64,000 bases of DNA from assembly GCA_009773355.1 (NCBI GenBank), contig WRPG01000003.1, positions 105,628 to 169,627 on the forward strand, given 5' to 3'. Source of the stretch: Limisphaerales bacterium (lineage in GTDB: Bacteria; Verrucomicrobiota; Verrucomicrobiia; Limisphaerales; SXTU01). Below are positions 1 through 8,230 of this stretch, in pieces. The notes under the pieces were generated by a model. It ran no database searches. It worked only from the letters and a program-made list of their open reading frames with translations, and was not told the DNA's origin. A program made the position numbers and the translations under genes. The first letter of the stretch is position 1, and every line of letters begins with the position of its first letter.

Positions 1-2406
1 AGTGAGCAGGTTGACAAATATCTCACTGGATCGTTGGTCCAGCAAGCTATCCGGCTCGACTGTTGGTAGGAAATCCTGCGGAGGTTCTTGTCCCTGTTCT
101 GATTGTTCCTTCGAGGGGTTCCGTAACTCGTCATAGATCAAGTGAAACGCCTCGTGCAGAAAGTCCAGATAGGAGGGAACATGATGCACATGCGGCACAT
201 CCGTGACGATCATTGCCAAGCGCGCGGAACCGGGCAGTTCGTCCTCTGGTTTCGCCTCCCGTTGGGCATCGGTCAGGTCCTTATTCTCAGGAGTGAGCTG
301 GAGTTTGATTGCCCAAATACCCGGTTGAAAACTGACTCGCATCACTACCCCAACTCGATCTCGATGATCGCGGGAGTTTTTAAGGACGTTGTTCCTCAAA
401 ACGCCAACGGCACACTTCAACACGGCATCGGCAGCAAAGAGCATCTGATTTAATCCACCGCGGAAATCAATGTCCATGTCCCGGTGCAACTCCTCGGGAT
501 AAGCACGGTAAAGCCGATGCTCCAGAGAGCGGTGCAACGTGCTCACGAAGTTGGCGAGCTCGCCCACCTTGGTGAAATGCAACCGTAAACGGTGCTCCTG
601 ACCCTCACCCGGTTTCGGGGGCAGCTCTTTGGTGAGCATCCGATGCAACGTTGCAAAGGCGTCGTAAAGGTCGAGAACTGTGTCGAAGACGAACGGGTTT
701 GCAAGCAATGTTGCGTAATTTTGGTAGAGGAATTCCAACGCATGAATCAAGGAAACTGGCAAAACATAACTGTTAGGTTTCGTGCGTATTTCGTGGAGAG
801 AAAGGCCGCCAGAGAAGGCAGGGTTGAGTCTTTTACCTTGCGGCAAACACTGTTTCATCCGCTCTTGATCAGACAAATCATCTGGGGCTATGCGCCACCT
901 AAGCACTGGCAGGAGCGCCTCCAAAACGCTGACGTGGCTCGCTTCCACACGAGGACAGAGAAAGTCTCCTCCATCCTTCAGTATCTTTGGGATTGGCACG
1001 CCAGCAACCGATGACAATCCAACCATATCTCTTCTGCCATGGTTCTTTTCAGTCAACTCGATGAATTTCTTCATGCAGCGTCCCACTTGACGGAAGAAGA
1101 GGCGTGTTGGGACGAGCATCTCCTGCCCATCGAAGGCGAATCCTTTGTGTTGTAACAGCAAATCTCCCTGCCCCATGGCATGCAAGTGAAACTCCCCCGA
1201 AAGCGGTGGGTGCGGTGGCACACCGAAAGACTCCTCTGCAATGCGCCTTTCCTTTTCAAGTTCCTGTTCGACAATTCGTAAAGCTTCCTCCACTTCGACC
1301 TGGTGCCCGGTTGCGGCTTGGATGACGCTGGTGGCACTGACATACCCCCGAATTGTCTGGTTTGGCTTTTCACTGTCTCTTGCGCACTTAAATGCCTCCT
1401 GCGTGACTCCGACCGTGCTGCGCGACCAACGGAATATATGGCTCGATCTCAAATCGGCCGCCTTCAACTGCAACTTCGAATCCCTGGCTACTGTTTTGGA
1501 AAACACTGGGCTCTCATCAGATCTGGTAACGTCATTTGCGAAAGCTTTGATTTGGCCGAACCATGCACTCTGGTCTAGAAGCCGCTCGAGCTTTTCGCTG
1601 CAGTCCGCATCAAACACTTTCCCGACAGTCAGGGCATGAATCCGGGCGAGTGCTGCCATAGGCACAGAGTAATTGGTCGTCACGCACCAGATCGCCAGTT
1701 CCTCTTGCCCCTGCATATCGAGGATGCAGAACTTGGTGGCACTCAGATCCTCCGCTGAGATTTCGAATGATTCCAGTCTTCCGTCCCGTGTTCTCTTGTC
1801 GAACTCCGCCATGGTGCTGCTGATTGCTGAGATGCTCGCACGCAACAGCGCCGCACCGAACAACAGCCCATGACCTAGCGAACCCCACCCGTTCAGCTTC
1901 AATCGGCTGAACATGACGAGAGGTGGCTTCTCGTCACTATGGCAGAGTCTCACCATCTCGTGTGGCTCCTTAAAGCAATCAAAGAAGTGACCTTCTTTCT
2001 TTGGCAATCCCTCCAACAACGTCTTGATTTTTGGACAAAGGCCTACACCGATTTCCTCGATTGTCGTGGAGCAGCGGGCGGTGATCTCGTGCAGCGGTTC
2101 GAAATCATCTAATAGGACGAATGAAAATGCATCCGCGTGGCCGACCGGCAGAAAATGCACTGGCTCGTAAATACCAGCTAATAGATCAGACTCTGAACCG
2201 GATTGTTTTCCTAGATGCTTTGAGACGTTTGCGGTGATTTCGTCAAACTCTTTGAACACCCGTGCAAATGGATCAGGATCAACGCCGCTTGAATGGGCGC
2301 AGCAGGATTGACGCCTCGTCCACTCCGCGTCCATTCCTGCTGCCAAGAGCAGGTAGGGATGGTAATGCAACAGTGGAGACAGTTCATTCGCGTCATTGAG
2401 TTTCAT
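1..2406 (-). CDS. Large uncharacterized protein, N-terminal 802 codons (3' end lies beyond window start); contains HExxH (HEAFH) motif
   Basis: Hand translation of the reverse strand from ATG 2406 (AGGAGG at 2415-2420, 8-nt spacer, in-frame TAG at 2419-2421) gives 802 sense codons with no stop down to nt 1. The ORF is absent from the supplied track because it runs off the edge. No family recognised and no Walker A seen. HEAFH is encoded at nt 142-156. G+C is about 50% by hand count. Confidence 0.7.
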   Translation of the reverse strand, partial: MKLNDANELSPLLHYHPYLLLAAGMDAEWTRRQSCCAHSSGVDPDPFARVFKEFDEITANVSKHLGKQSGSESDLLAGIYEPVHFLPVGHADAFSFVLLDDFEPLHEITARCSTTIEEIGVGLCPKIKTLLEGLPKKEGHFFDCFKEPHEMVRLCHSDEKPPLVMFSRLKLNGWGSLGHGLLFGAALLRASISAISSTMAEFDKRTRDGRLESFEISAEDLSATKFCILDMQGQEELAIWCVTTNYSVPMAALARIHALTVGKVFDADCSEKLERLLDQSAWFGQIKAFANDVTRSDESPVFSKTVARDSKLQLKAADLRSSHIFRWSRSTVGVTQEAFKCARDSEKPNQTIRGYVSATSVIQAATGHQVEVEEALRIVEQELEKERRIAEESFGVPPHPPLSGEFHLHAMGQGDLLLQHKGFAFDGQEMLVPTRLFFRQVGRCMKKFIELTEKNHGRRDMVGLSSVAGVPIPKILKDGGDFLCPRVEASHVSVLEALLPVLRWRIAPDDLSDQERMKQCLPQGKRLNPAFSGGLSLHEIRTKPNSYVLPVSLIHALEFLYQNYATLLANPFVFDTVLDLYDAFATLHRMLTKELPPKPGEGQEHRLRLHFTKVGELANFVSTLHRSLEHRLYRAYPEELHRDMDIDFRGGLNQMLFAADAVLKCAVGVLRNNVLKNSRDHRDRVGVVMRVSFQPGIWAIKLQLTPENKDLTDAQREAKPEDELPGSARLAMIVTDVPHVHHVPSYLDFLHEAFHLIYDELRNPSKEQSEQGQEPPQDFLPTVEPDSLLDQRSSEIFVNLLT

Positions 2407-2444
2407 CTGCACACCCTCCTATTGCCCCGTTAGGGGTGGTTAGC

Positions 2445-3167
2445 TCACCGCTTTAACCGAGCGATCTTGCCGGTGCCAATCTTTCCGTTACGCACCAACT
2501 GATCTATCCAGAACCGCGCTCGACGCGATTCCCCAAGCAACTGGTCCACATTATTCTTGCCCCACAGCGCGGCCATGCTCATGGCTGGATCAGGCACATA
2601 ATCCCGTTGCAGCCTCAACTCCGACTGTTCTTGAAACAGGGGATAGGGAACGTAGATGCGTGTCTTGGACACCTTACGCTCAGCCACCAATGCCTCAAGC
2701 CGCTTTGTTATCTCCTCGCCTATTTGTTCCGGTGCTGCCAGCCATGGGCGCAACCGTTCAGGAAAATAGGCCGAATAGCCAATCATCTGCTTCCGGTGCG
2801 GCTCCATCATGTCCATCATTGCGGCCGTCTCGGCAGACTCGTCGTCGTTGATCAGAGGGGGTAAATCTTGTGTGGAGATTGCGGCCCAAGCCAGCGAGTA
2901 GCGCAGGAGCAGCCGTTCAGCCAATCCTTCGAATGCCATGCCGTCATCGTCTTGAGGAAAAAATCCTCCAACTACTTTGGGCATATCCTCCCTGAGTTCT
3001 GCCTCCAAGCGGGCCAAGTTCACGTTGCCCCTACGGCGAAGGAATTTCTGAAACTTGAGAAATGCCCCGCTCGGTCCCTTATTTTTCTCAGCCAATTCCA
3101 TGCTCGTTGACATTTTCTTAGCAGAGAGTGTGCCCGTGAGTAAGCAGCCCGCGACATTCGTGTTCAT
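2445..3167 (-). CDS. Hypothetical protein (240 aa from ATG 3167; ORF open to 3251)
   Basis: Track ORF 2445..3251. The internal ATG at 3167 overlaps the TGA of the upstream gene (ATGA at 3164-3167), suggesting translational coupling. It lies in the low-GC island. No recognisable family. Confidence 0.55.
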   Translation of the reverse strand: MNTNVAGCLLTGTLSAKKMSTSMELAEKNKGPSGAFLKFQKFLRRRGNVNLARLEAELREDMPKVVGGFFPQDDDGMAFEGLAERLLLRYSLAWAAISTQDLPPLINDDESAETAAMMDMMEPHRKQMIGYSAYFPERLRPWLAAPEQIGEEITKRLEALVAERKVSKTRIYVPYPLFQEQSELRLQRDYVPDPAMSMAALWGKNNVDQLLGESRRARFWIDQLVRNGKIGTGKIARLKR

Positions 3168-3511
3168 ACTAGCTCCCCCGTTGGTTCTGTTCCCTGCTGT
3201 GGTGGAAACTGACTCATGAGCCAGTCGATCTGATCTTTGGACCAGAGACACGAGTATGCCGGACTCCGGTGCTTGCGGCCTTTGAAGCCAAAAAGTCCCT
3301 GGAGAACTTTTTCAACATCCAACGGCGTAATGGACACTACGTTTGCTTGCTTCATGAATTTATGGAATCGGGCTGCAGGATTGTCTGCCTCAGCGAACTC
3401 GTTTTTGACTTGAGGCATGATCGCAGTGGTAACTCGACAGAACTGAGGCCAGCTTAAGTCCTCAACACATTTACGAAAATCCTCCCATTCTGAATTTTCG
3501 TCGTCATCCAT
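3164..3511 (-). CDS. Small hypothetical protein (115 aa) sharing an N-terminal SWxQFxR...V..EF.E...PA.R module with the adjacent TIR protein
   Basis: Track ORF. Residues 16-80 align by eye with residues 12-72 of the 3550..4380 protein. Same strand with a 38-nt gap to the upstream gene. Confidence 0.55.
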   Translation of the reverse strand: MDDDENSEWEDFRKCVEDLSWPQFCRVTTAIMPQVKNEFAEADNPAARFHKFMKQANVVSITPLDVEKVLQGLFGFKGRKHRSPAYSCLWSKDQIDWLMSQFPPQQGTEPTGELV

Positions 3512-3549
3512 ATCTTGTGTTTCTCTCGTCAGATCTTGTTTTTTGCAGG

Positions 3550-4380
3550 CTAATGGGAATTCTGCAATGCATCTGCAATTCTTTGCGCAGCAGCGAGTGG
3601 CTCTTTTTCGTCAGACAGCATGATTCGAGGCAATCCCTCAAGGGTTGGCGGCATTGCTGCTTTGGGATGGATGATTACGAGGACCAGCGGCCCTTCCCCC
3701 TTCCTTCCGTAGCGGTTGACGAGCGACCTGATCTCTAGCTGTTGCCATCGGCCAATCCCGCCTGCGCCCAAAAAAATCACTCCTCCCCTACAGTTTAGGA
3801 GCGCCGCGTCCAACTGCGCCTGGTCATTGCTTCCCAAGCCAATGTCGTGAACATCCATCCAGCCATAGACGCCAACCTCTTTGAGCAACTCTCGAAATAG
3901 CAGCACTGTGGCACGATCCTCCGCATTGTAGCTCAAGAATAGGTCGAACGGAGTATTTCGAGCCTTTGTTGCGACCGGATTGGCCTTGTCGCCAGCTGAC
4001 GAGTCCTTTGGGCAGCAATTTTTCCGGAACTCCCCCAACTGCGAGGTAAGCAGGCGATGACGGTCTTCCAACTTTGCTTCCAGTTGGTTCAACCGGTCCA
4101 GCACCGCGCCAATTTCAGAGTCGGCAACCATACCCCTGCTGGGACGATATGGCGCTGTGTGGCTAAGGAAAAGTGAATTCAAAGCATCCGAAACAGCCTG
4201 TTCATCTATGCAGGCAGCAATCAACAGATTTTCCAACGTCAACACGCGGACGGCTGGTGAAACAGATTCAGAGAACTCAGAACGCACCGCCTCTAGTCCA
4301 AGTCCGCGAAGCAAACGACTGAACTGAGACCATGACATGGCCTCAATCCTCGCGGCGGTATTTGGTGACAGCACCCTCAT
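3550..4380 (-). CDS. TIR-domain protein (N-terminal helical module, coiled-coil linker, C-terminal TIR)
   Basis: The C-terminal 125 aa read FDLFLSYNAEDRATVLLFRELLKEVGVYGWMDVHDIGLGSNDQAQLDAALLNCRGGVIFLG..GIGRWQQLEIRSL. This matches the TIR pattern: a DxFxSY beta-A strand, D..L.G, a hydrophobic beta strand, and W..xE with a candidate catalytic Glu216 at nt 3733-3735. Heptad-like region AVLDRLNQLEAKLEDRHRLL at residues 92-111. Confidence 0.78.
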   Translation of the reverse strand: MRVLSPNTAARIEAMSWSQFSRLLRGLGLEAVRSEFSESVSPAVRVLTLENLLIAACIDEQAVSDALNSLFLSHTAPYRPSRGMVADSEIGAVLDRLNQLEAKLEDRHRLLTSQLGEFRKNCCPKDSSAGDKANPVATKARNTPFDLFLSYNAEDRATVLLFRELLKEVGVYGWMDVHDIGLGSNDQAQLDAALLNCRGGVIFLGAGGIGRWQQLEIRSLVNRYGRKGEGPLVLVIIHPKAAMPPTLEGLPRIMLSDEKEPLAAAQRIADALQNSH

Positions 4381-4437
4381 TCAACCAGTCGGGCGCATCG
4401 TCGCGGATCTTCAATCATCACGTCAAGCAATGGAATA

Positions 4438-5193
4438 TTAGCCGGGTGGGAGATTGTTCGGCGGCGGGGCAGTGCCGCCTCCGCCATTTTCGCCACCTTC
4501 CGCTTCTTCCCCACCATCAGAGCTGCCGCCGCCGATGCGGCGGGCGTTGAAGTAGCCGTCCACGAATAGGTCTTTCTCCTCGGTGCCGGTGATCTGGATG
4601 ATGAGGTCGTCCATGCCTTCCAGCAGCACGTCCACGGCGCGGAAGCGCGGGCGGAGGTCGGCGGTCTTGGCCTTGCGCGTGGAGCGGGCGCTGGCGGGTG
4701 CACCAATCACGTTCTCGTAGGCAGCGATCTTGGTGTTCAACGCGGTGGTGGCGGCGGCGATAATTCCATAAGGCTCGCCGGCGGGCGGGGTGCCGGTGGT
4801 GTGCGGGAGGAGCGCGGTGTGCAGGGCCTTGGCGCGGTTGAGCAGGGCGGTCTCCTGCATCTTGCGCCAGTCGCTCAGAGAGAGATCCCACGGCGCGGCA
4901 GCTTCCAGATTGTTCTGTGCGATGAACAGCAGGCGCAGCGCGCGGCCGAGCGGATGCGCGGCGTCCTCCAGCGCCTTCTCCGCCGCGTTCTGCTGGTCGG
5001 TCACGCCAGTGATCAAGGCGGACTGCGAGTCCCCGAACGCGCCAAGGTTGCCAGCGGCGGTCTCGAACTGGCCTTCGAGCGTGGTGAAGATGGTGGGTGC
5101 GAGGTTGAACCAGAGAGCCTTGTTCGTCGTGACCTGGAGGTAGGTCTTCACGGCAGAAAACATGTCCAGTTTGGCGATGAGTTCGTCTTTCAT
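4438..5193 (-). CDS. Hypothetical protein with Gly/Glu-rich C-terminal tail
   Basis: Track ORF of 251 aa with AAGGA upstream of ATG 5193. Host-like high G+C. Ends 57 nt upstream of the TIR gene on the same strand. No family recognised. Confidence 0.6.
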   Translation of the reverse strand: MKDELIAKLDMFSAVKTYLQVTTNKALWFNLAPTIFTTLEGQFETAAGNLGAFGDSQSALITGVTDQQNAAEKALEDAAHPLGRALRLLFIAQNNLEAAAPWDLSLSDWRKMQETALLNRAKALHTALLPHTTGTPPAGEPYGIIAAATTALNTKIAAYENVIGAPASARSTRKAKTADLRPRFRAVDVLLEGMDDLIIQITGTEEKDLFVDGYFNARRIGGGSSDGGEEAEGGENGGGGTAPPPNNLPPG

Positions 5194-5366
5194 TTTTCCT
5201 TATTCCGGTGGGAATGAGTGCGGATTCTGGGCATTTGTCCGATGGGCGCAAGGGGAAAGTTGGAAAAGTTGGAAAACCTGTTCACAGGCCGTTCACAGTT
5301 GGTGCCTGTTCGCAAGCAGAGCGCAAACACTGCCGGCGCAACACGCGAAGGGGCGCGAAGGCGGAG

Positions 5367-5437
5367 GTAGGGCGGGTTGTCCTCAACCCGCCGTCATTTC
5401 GCGAACGCAGCGGCGCGCTGGGGACAGCGCGCCCTAC
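5367..5437. repeat. Inverted pair of GTAGGGCG-hairpin REP-like units
   Basis: GTAGGGCGGGTTGTCCTCAACCCGCC (5367-5392) and the reverse complement of GTAGGGCGCGCTGTCCCCAGCGCGCC (5412-5437). Each unit has a 9-bp stem. Related to the pair at 26546-26639. Confidence 0.65.
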
Positions 5438-5491
5438 CACGGGCGCGGAAATGGTAAAAATGAGCGAAATCTACGCAAATAGCTATGGTTC

Positions 5492-5806
5492 CAATGCTAG
5501 GATTGACCCGACCATGAGTGCGATTTATCCGACCAGAAATCGGATTGATGCTCCCGGACCAATTCTCGACCCGACCAGGCCCCGGATTGACCCGACCGAC
5601 ACGATTCCTGACACGACCGGAGTGATCCTCAATGCGACCGGAACGACGATTGATCCGACGCGGCCAGGGATTGGTCCGACCGGGGCGATTCTTCATTCGC
5701 CCGGCGCAATAACGGAACCGACTTGGCCGATGACCGACGCGACTTGGACAAGAATTCATCCGACCGAGTCCGCGATGGATGCGACCGGGATAATTACCGT
5801 CCCGAC
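5492..5806. repeat. Fifteen strictly phased, degenerate 21-nt tandem repeats (core ATTGAyCCGACC)
   Basis: Read directly. Units end in CCGACC or a close variant every 21 nt with no indels. The plus frame reads xxxIDPT heptads and the minus frame GRVNPxx heptads. G+C is about 52%. Confidence 0.8.
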
Positions 5807-5816
5807 CGAAGCAGAA

Positions 5817-7079
5817 TTAGCGCGCCTCGCGGCTGCGGACGAGCTGGAAAAACTTGCGCACGTCCGGCACCAGCAGGTCCGGCGTCTCCAGCGCGGCGAA
5901 GTGGCCGCCGCGCGGCATCTCGGTCCAGTGAATCATGATGTTCGGGCTGACGCTGCGCTCGACCCACGCGCGCGGCGGGACGTTGATTTCCTTCGGGAAC
6001 AGCGCGTAGCCCATCGGCGAGGATTTGCCGCCGCCGGTGAAGGGCGTCATCGAGGCCGGACGCGGGTGGTTGTGAGACGACTCGAAGTAGATGCGAGCGG
6101 AGGTCGGTGCGGTCTGCGTGACCCAGTAAATCATGATGTTCGTGAGCAGCTCGTCCTTGGTGAAGCTGTTGTCGAGGCTGCCGCGGTGGTCGCTCCACGC
6201 CCAGAACTTGTCCACGACCCACGCGGCGAGGCCGGCGGGCGAGTCGTTGAGGCCGTAGCCGATGGTCTGCGGGCGCGTGCCCTGAATCGCGCTGTAGCCG
6301 TAGTGGTCGGCGAGTTCCTTCCGCCGTGCCTGCATCCGGTCAATTTCCGCCTGCGTCACGCCGCGCATCGGTTCCTCGGCCGGCTGGCTGCCGCCAGGGA
6401 AGTTGTTGTGCGCGCCGATGCAGTGCGCGTTGTCGCCGCCCGCGAGCCAGCGCACGATGCCGCCGCCCCAGTCGCCGCCCTGCGCGCCGTAGCGGGCGTA
6501 GCCGAGCCGGGCCATGAGCTTCGCAAAGACCTCCGCCATGCGCTGCGAACTCCAGCCGCGCTCAACGGGCTTGCCGGAGAAGCCGAAGCCGACAAGCGAC
6601 GGGATGACGAGGTGGAAAGCGTCTTCAACCTTGCCGCCGTGCTTTTCCGGCTCGGTGAGCGGGCCGATGACCTTGGTGAACTCGACGAACGAGCCGGGCC
6701 AGCCGTGAACGAGGAGGAGCGGGAGGGCGTTGGTGTGCTTCGAGCGGATGTGCGCGAAGTGAATCTCGACACCGTCAATCGTGGTCGTGAACTGCGGGAG
6801 CTGGTTCAGCGCGCGCTCGTGCTTGCGCCAGTCGTAGGCAGTGCGCCAGTGCTCGACGAGTGACTTCAGGTAGCCGAGGTCCACGCCCATCTCCCACGAC
6901 TCGCCGGGCGCGGGCGCGGGCCAACGGGTCTTCGCGAGGCGGTCCTTCAGGTCGGCAAGCACCGCCTCGGGCACGGCGATTTTGAACGGGCGGATGGCGG
7001 CGGCGTTCGTCTGCGCGGTGGAGGGTGCGGAAGCGGCAGCGACAAACAGGCCGGCGAGGACAACAGCGCGGGGATTCAT
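5817..7079 (-). CDS. Epoxide hydrolase-like alpha/beta hydrolase (secreted)
   Basis: Signal peptide MNPRAVVLAGLFVAAASAPSTAQ. Epoxide-hydrolase N-terminal domain pattern (IRPFKI.VPE..L.DL..RL...RWP) followed by HGWPGSF.EF. Confidence 0.85.
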   Translation of the reverse strand: MNPRAVVLAGLFVAAASAPSTAQTNAAAIRPFKIAVPEAVLADLKDRLAKTRWPAPAPGESWEMGVDLGYLKSLVEHWRTAYDWRKHERALNQLPQFTTTIDGVEIHFAHIRSKHTNALPLLLVHGWPGSFVEFTKVIGPLTEPEKHGGKVEDAFHLVIPSLVGFGFSGKPVERGWSSQRMAEVFAKLMARLGYARYGAQGGDWGGGIVRWLAGGDNAHCIGAHNNFPGGSQPAEEPMRGVTQAEIDRMQARRKELADHYGYSAIQGTRPQTIGYGLNDSPAGLAAWVVDKFWAWSDHRGSLDNSFTKDELLTNIMIYWVTQTAPTSARIYFESSHNHPRPASMTPFTGGGKSSPMGYALFPKEINVPPRAWVERSVSPNIMIHWTEMPRGGHFAALETPDLLVPDVRKFFQLVRSREAR

Positions 7080-8089
7080 TTTGAAGCAGTGGGTGTGGGC
7101 TTCGTTTCAGACGCGGCATCCGGGACTTTCGACAAGCCATCGAGCACGAGCCGCATCAGCTCGCGCTCCTGAAAGCGGCGCGGAGCCTCGGCGAACTGCA
7201 CGATGAGCAGCTTGAGCGACGGCACGATGTAGAGCTTCTGCCTGCCCGCGCCGGCGGCCATCACGAGGTCGCGCGGGCGCTCGTCGGAGGCGTTGAGCCA
7301 GAACGTGAGGCCGTAGGTGGGGTGTGCCTTGGTGCCTTGAAAGCACTCGGCCAGCAGTTTTTCCGAGACGAGTTGCTTGCCGTCCCACGCGCCCTTGTTC
7401 AGCACGAACAAACCAAACTTCGCCCACTCGCGCGCGGTGAGGTGCGCGCCGGAGGGAAGATGCGGATTGCCGTCGGCGTCCTTGCGCCAGAACGACGGCT
7501 TCAGGCCGATGGGATCGAGCAGCCGGCGCTTGAAGTAGCCTTCGACCGATTCCTTGCGCGGCTCCAGCTTGCGGCGGAGCAATTCGCCGAAGCACTGAAA
7601 AGGCACCGGGCCATACTGAAACTTCTCGCCGGGCGGGAACTTCGCCTCCGCGAGCCGCACGGCGTCCTTGTAGCTGGGCACGTCGCCGACTTCCCCGCCC
7701 GCGATGCCGCTGGTGAGCGTGAGCAACTGACGGATGGTGACTTGGGACTTCCGCGCATCGCCCTGCCATTCCGTAAGCGTGTCCGCGACCTCGTCGTCGA
7801 GCTTGAGGAAACCATCCTCCACCGCCATGACCGCGAGCACGCCGACGAAACACTTCGTGCCACTCGCAAGCCGGTGCAGGTCATCCCGCCGGTGGTCGTT
7901 CAGGTATTCCTCGAAGACAAGCTGGCCGCCCCGATAGACAAGCAGCGCATGACCATTGCAGGTGCGAAGATAATCAGCGGCAGGCTGGAAGGGGCTGGGC
8001 GAAGACTTGCCCGCAGGCTCCGGCTGGGCGTGCGCAAATCCGGTCATCGCAAGCGCGACAGCAAGGCAGGTGGCAGCCAGCGGGTTCAT
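7076..8089 (-). CDS. Serine hydrolase, beta-lactamase/PBP (class C-like) family
   Basis: Signal peptide, an SxxK motif (LASGTKCF), and length typical of the family. Its stop overlaps the downstream start (ATGA at 7076-7079). Confidence 0.85.
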   Translation of the reverse strand: MNPLAATCLAVALAMTGFAHAQPEPAGKSSPSPFQPAADYLRTCNGHALLVYRGGQLVFEEYLNDHRRDDLHRLASGTKCFVGVLAVMAVEDGFLKLDDEVADTLTEWQGDARKSQVTIRQLLTLTSGIAGGEVGDVPSYKDAVRLAEAKFPPGEKFQYGPVPFQCFGELLRRKLEPRKESVEGYFKRRLLDPIGLKPSFWRKDADGNPHLPSGAHLTAREWAKFGLFVLNKGAWDGKQLVSEKLLAECFQGTKAHPTYGLTFWLNASDERPRDLVMAAGAGRQKLYIVPSLKLLIVQFAEAPRRFQERELMRLVLDGLSKVPDAASETKPTPTASK

Positions 8090-8230
8090 GGTTCTTGGTC
8101 AGGCTGACCATGCTCCGTCGCGGCGAATCGGGCAACTCTGTTTTCAAGCTGTCCCCCCCGGCACGGCACCGTTCCACTTCGCCGCGAGCCTGTCGGCTCG
8201 CATGGCGGGCGGGATGCCCCCCCCGGCTTG

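Noticed and set aside
1-5200. Integrase, transposase or toxin-antitoxin genes marking the low-GC island
   Set aside because: None of the translated ORFs shows recombinase or transposase motifs. The island's left boundary is outside the window.
5492-5806. Possible CRISPR array
   Set aside because: The period is 21 nt with no unique spacers between repeats, and the units are contiguous and degenerate. No cas genes are present. It is not CRISPR-like.
5451-6863. Plus-strand protein starting MVKMSEIYANSYGSNARIDPT... through the heptad array
   Set aside because: The frame only stays open by running more than 1 kb antisense through the epoxide hydrolase gene, so it is unlikely to be a real long protein. 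The repeat array itself is kept as a finding.
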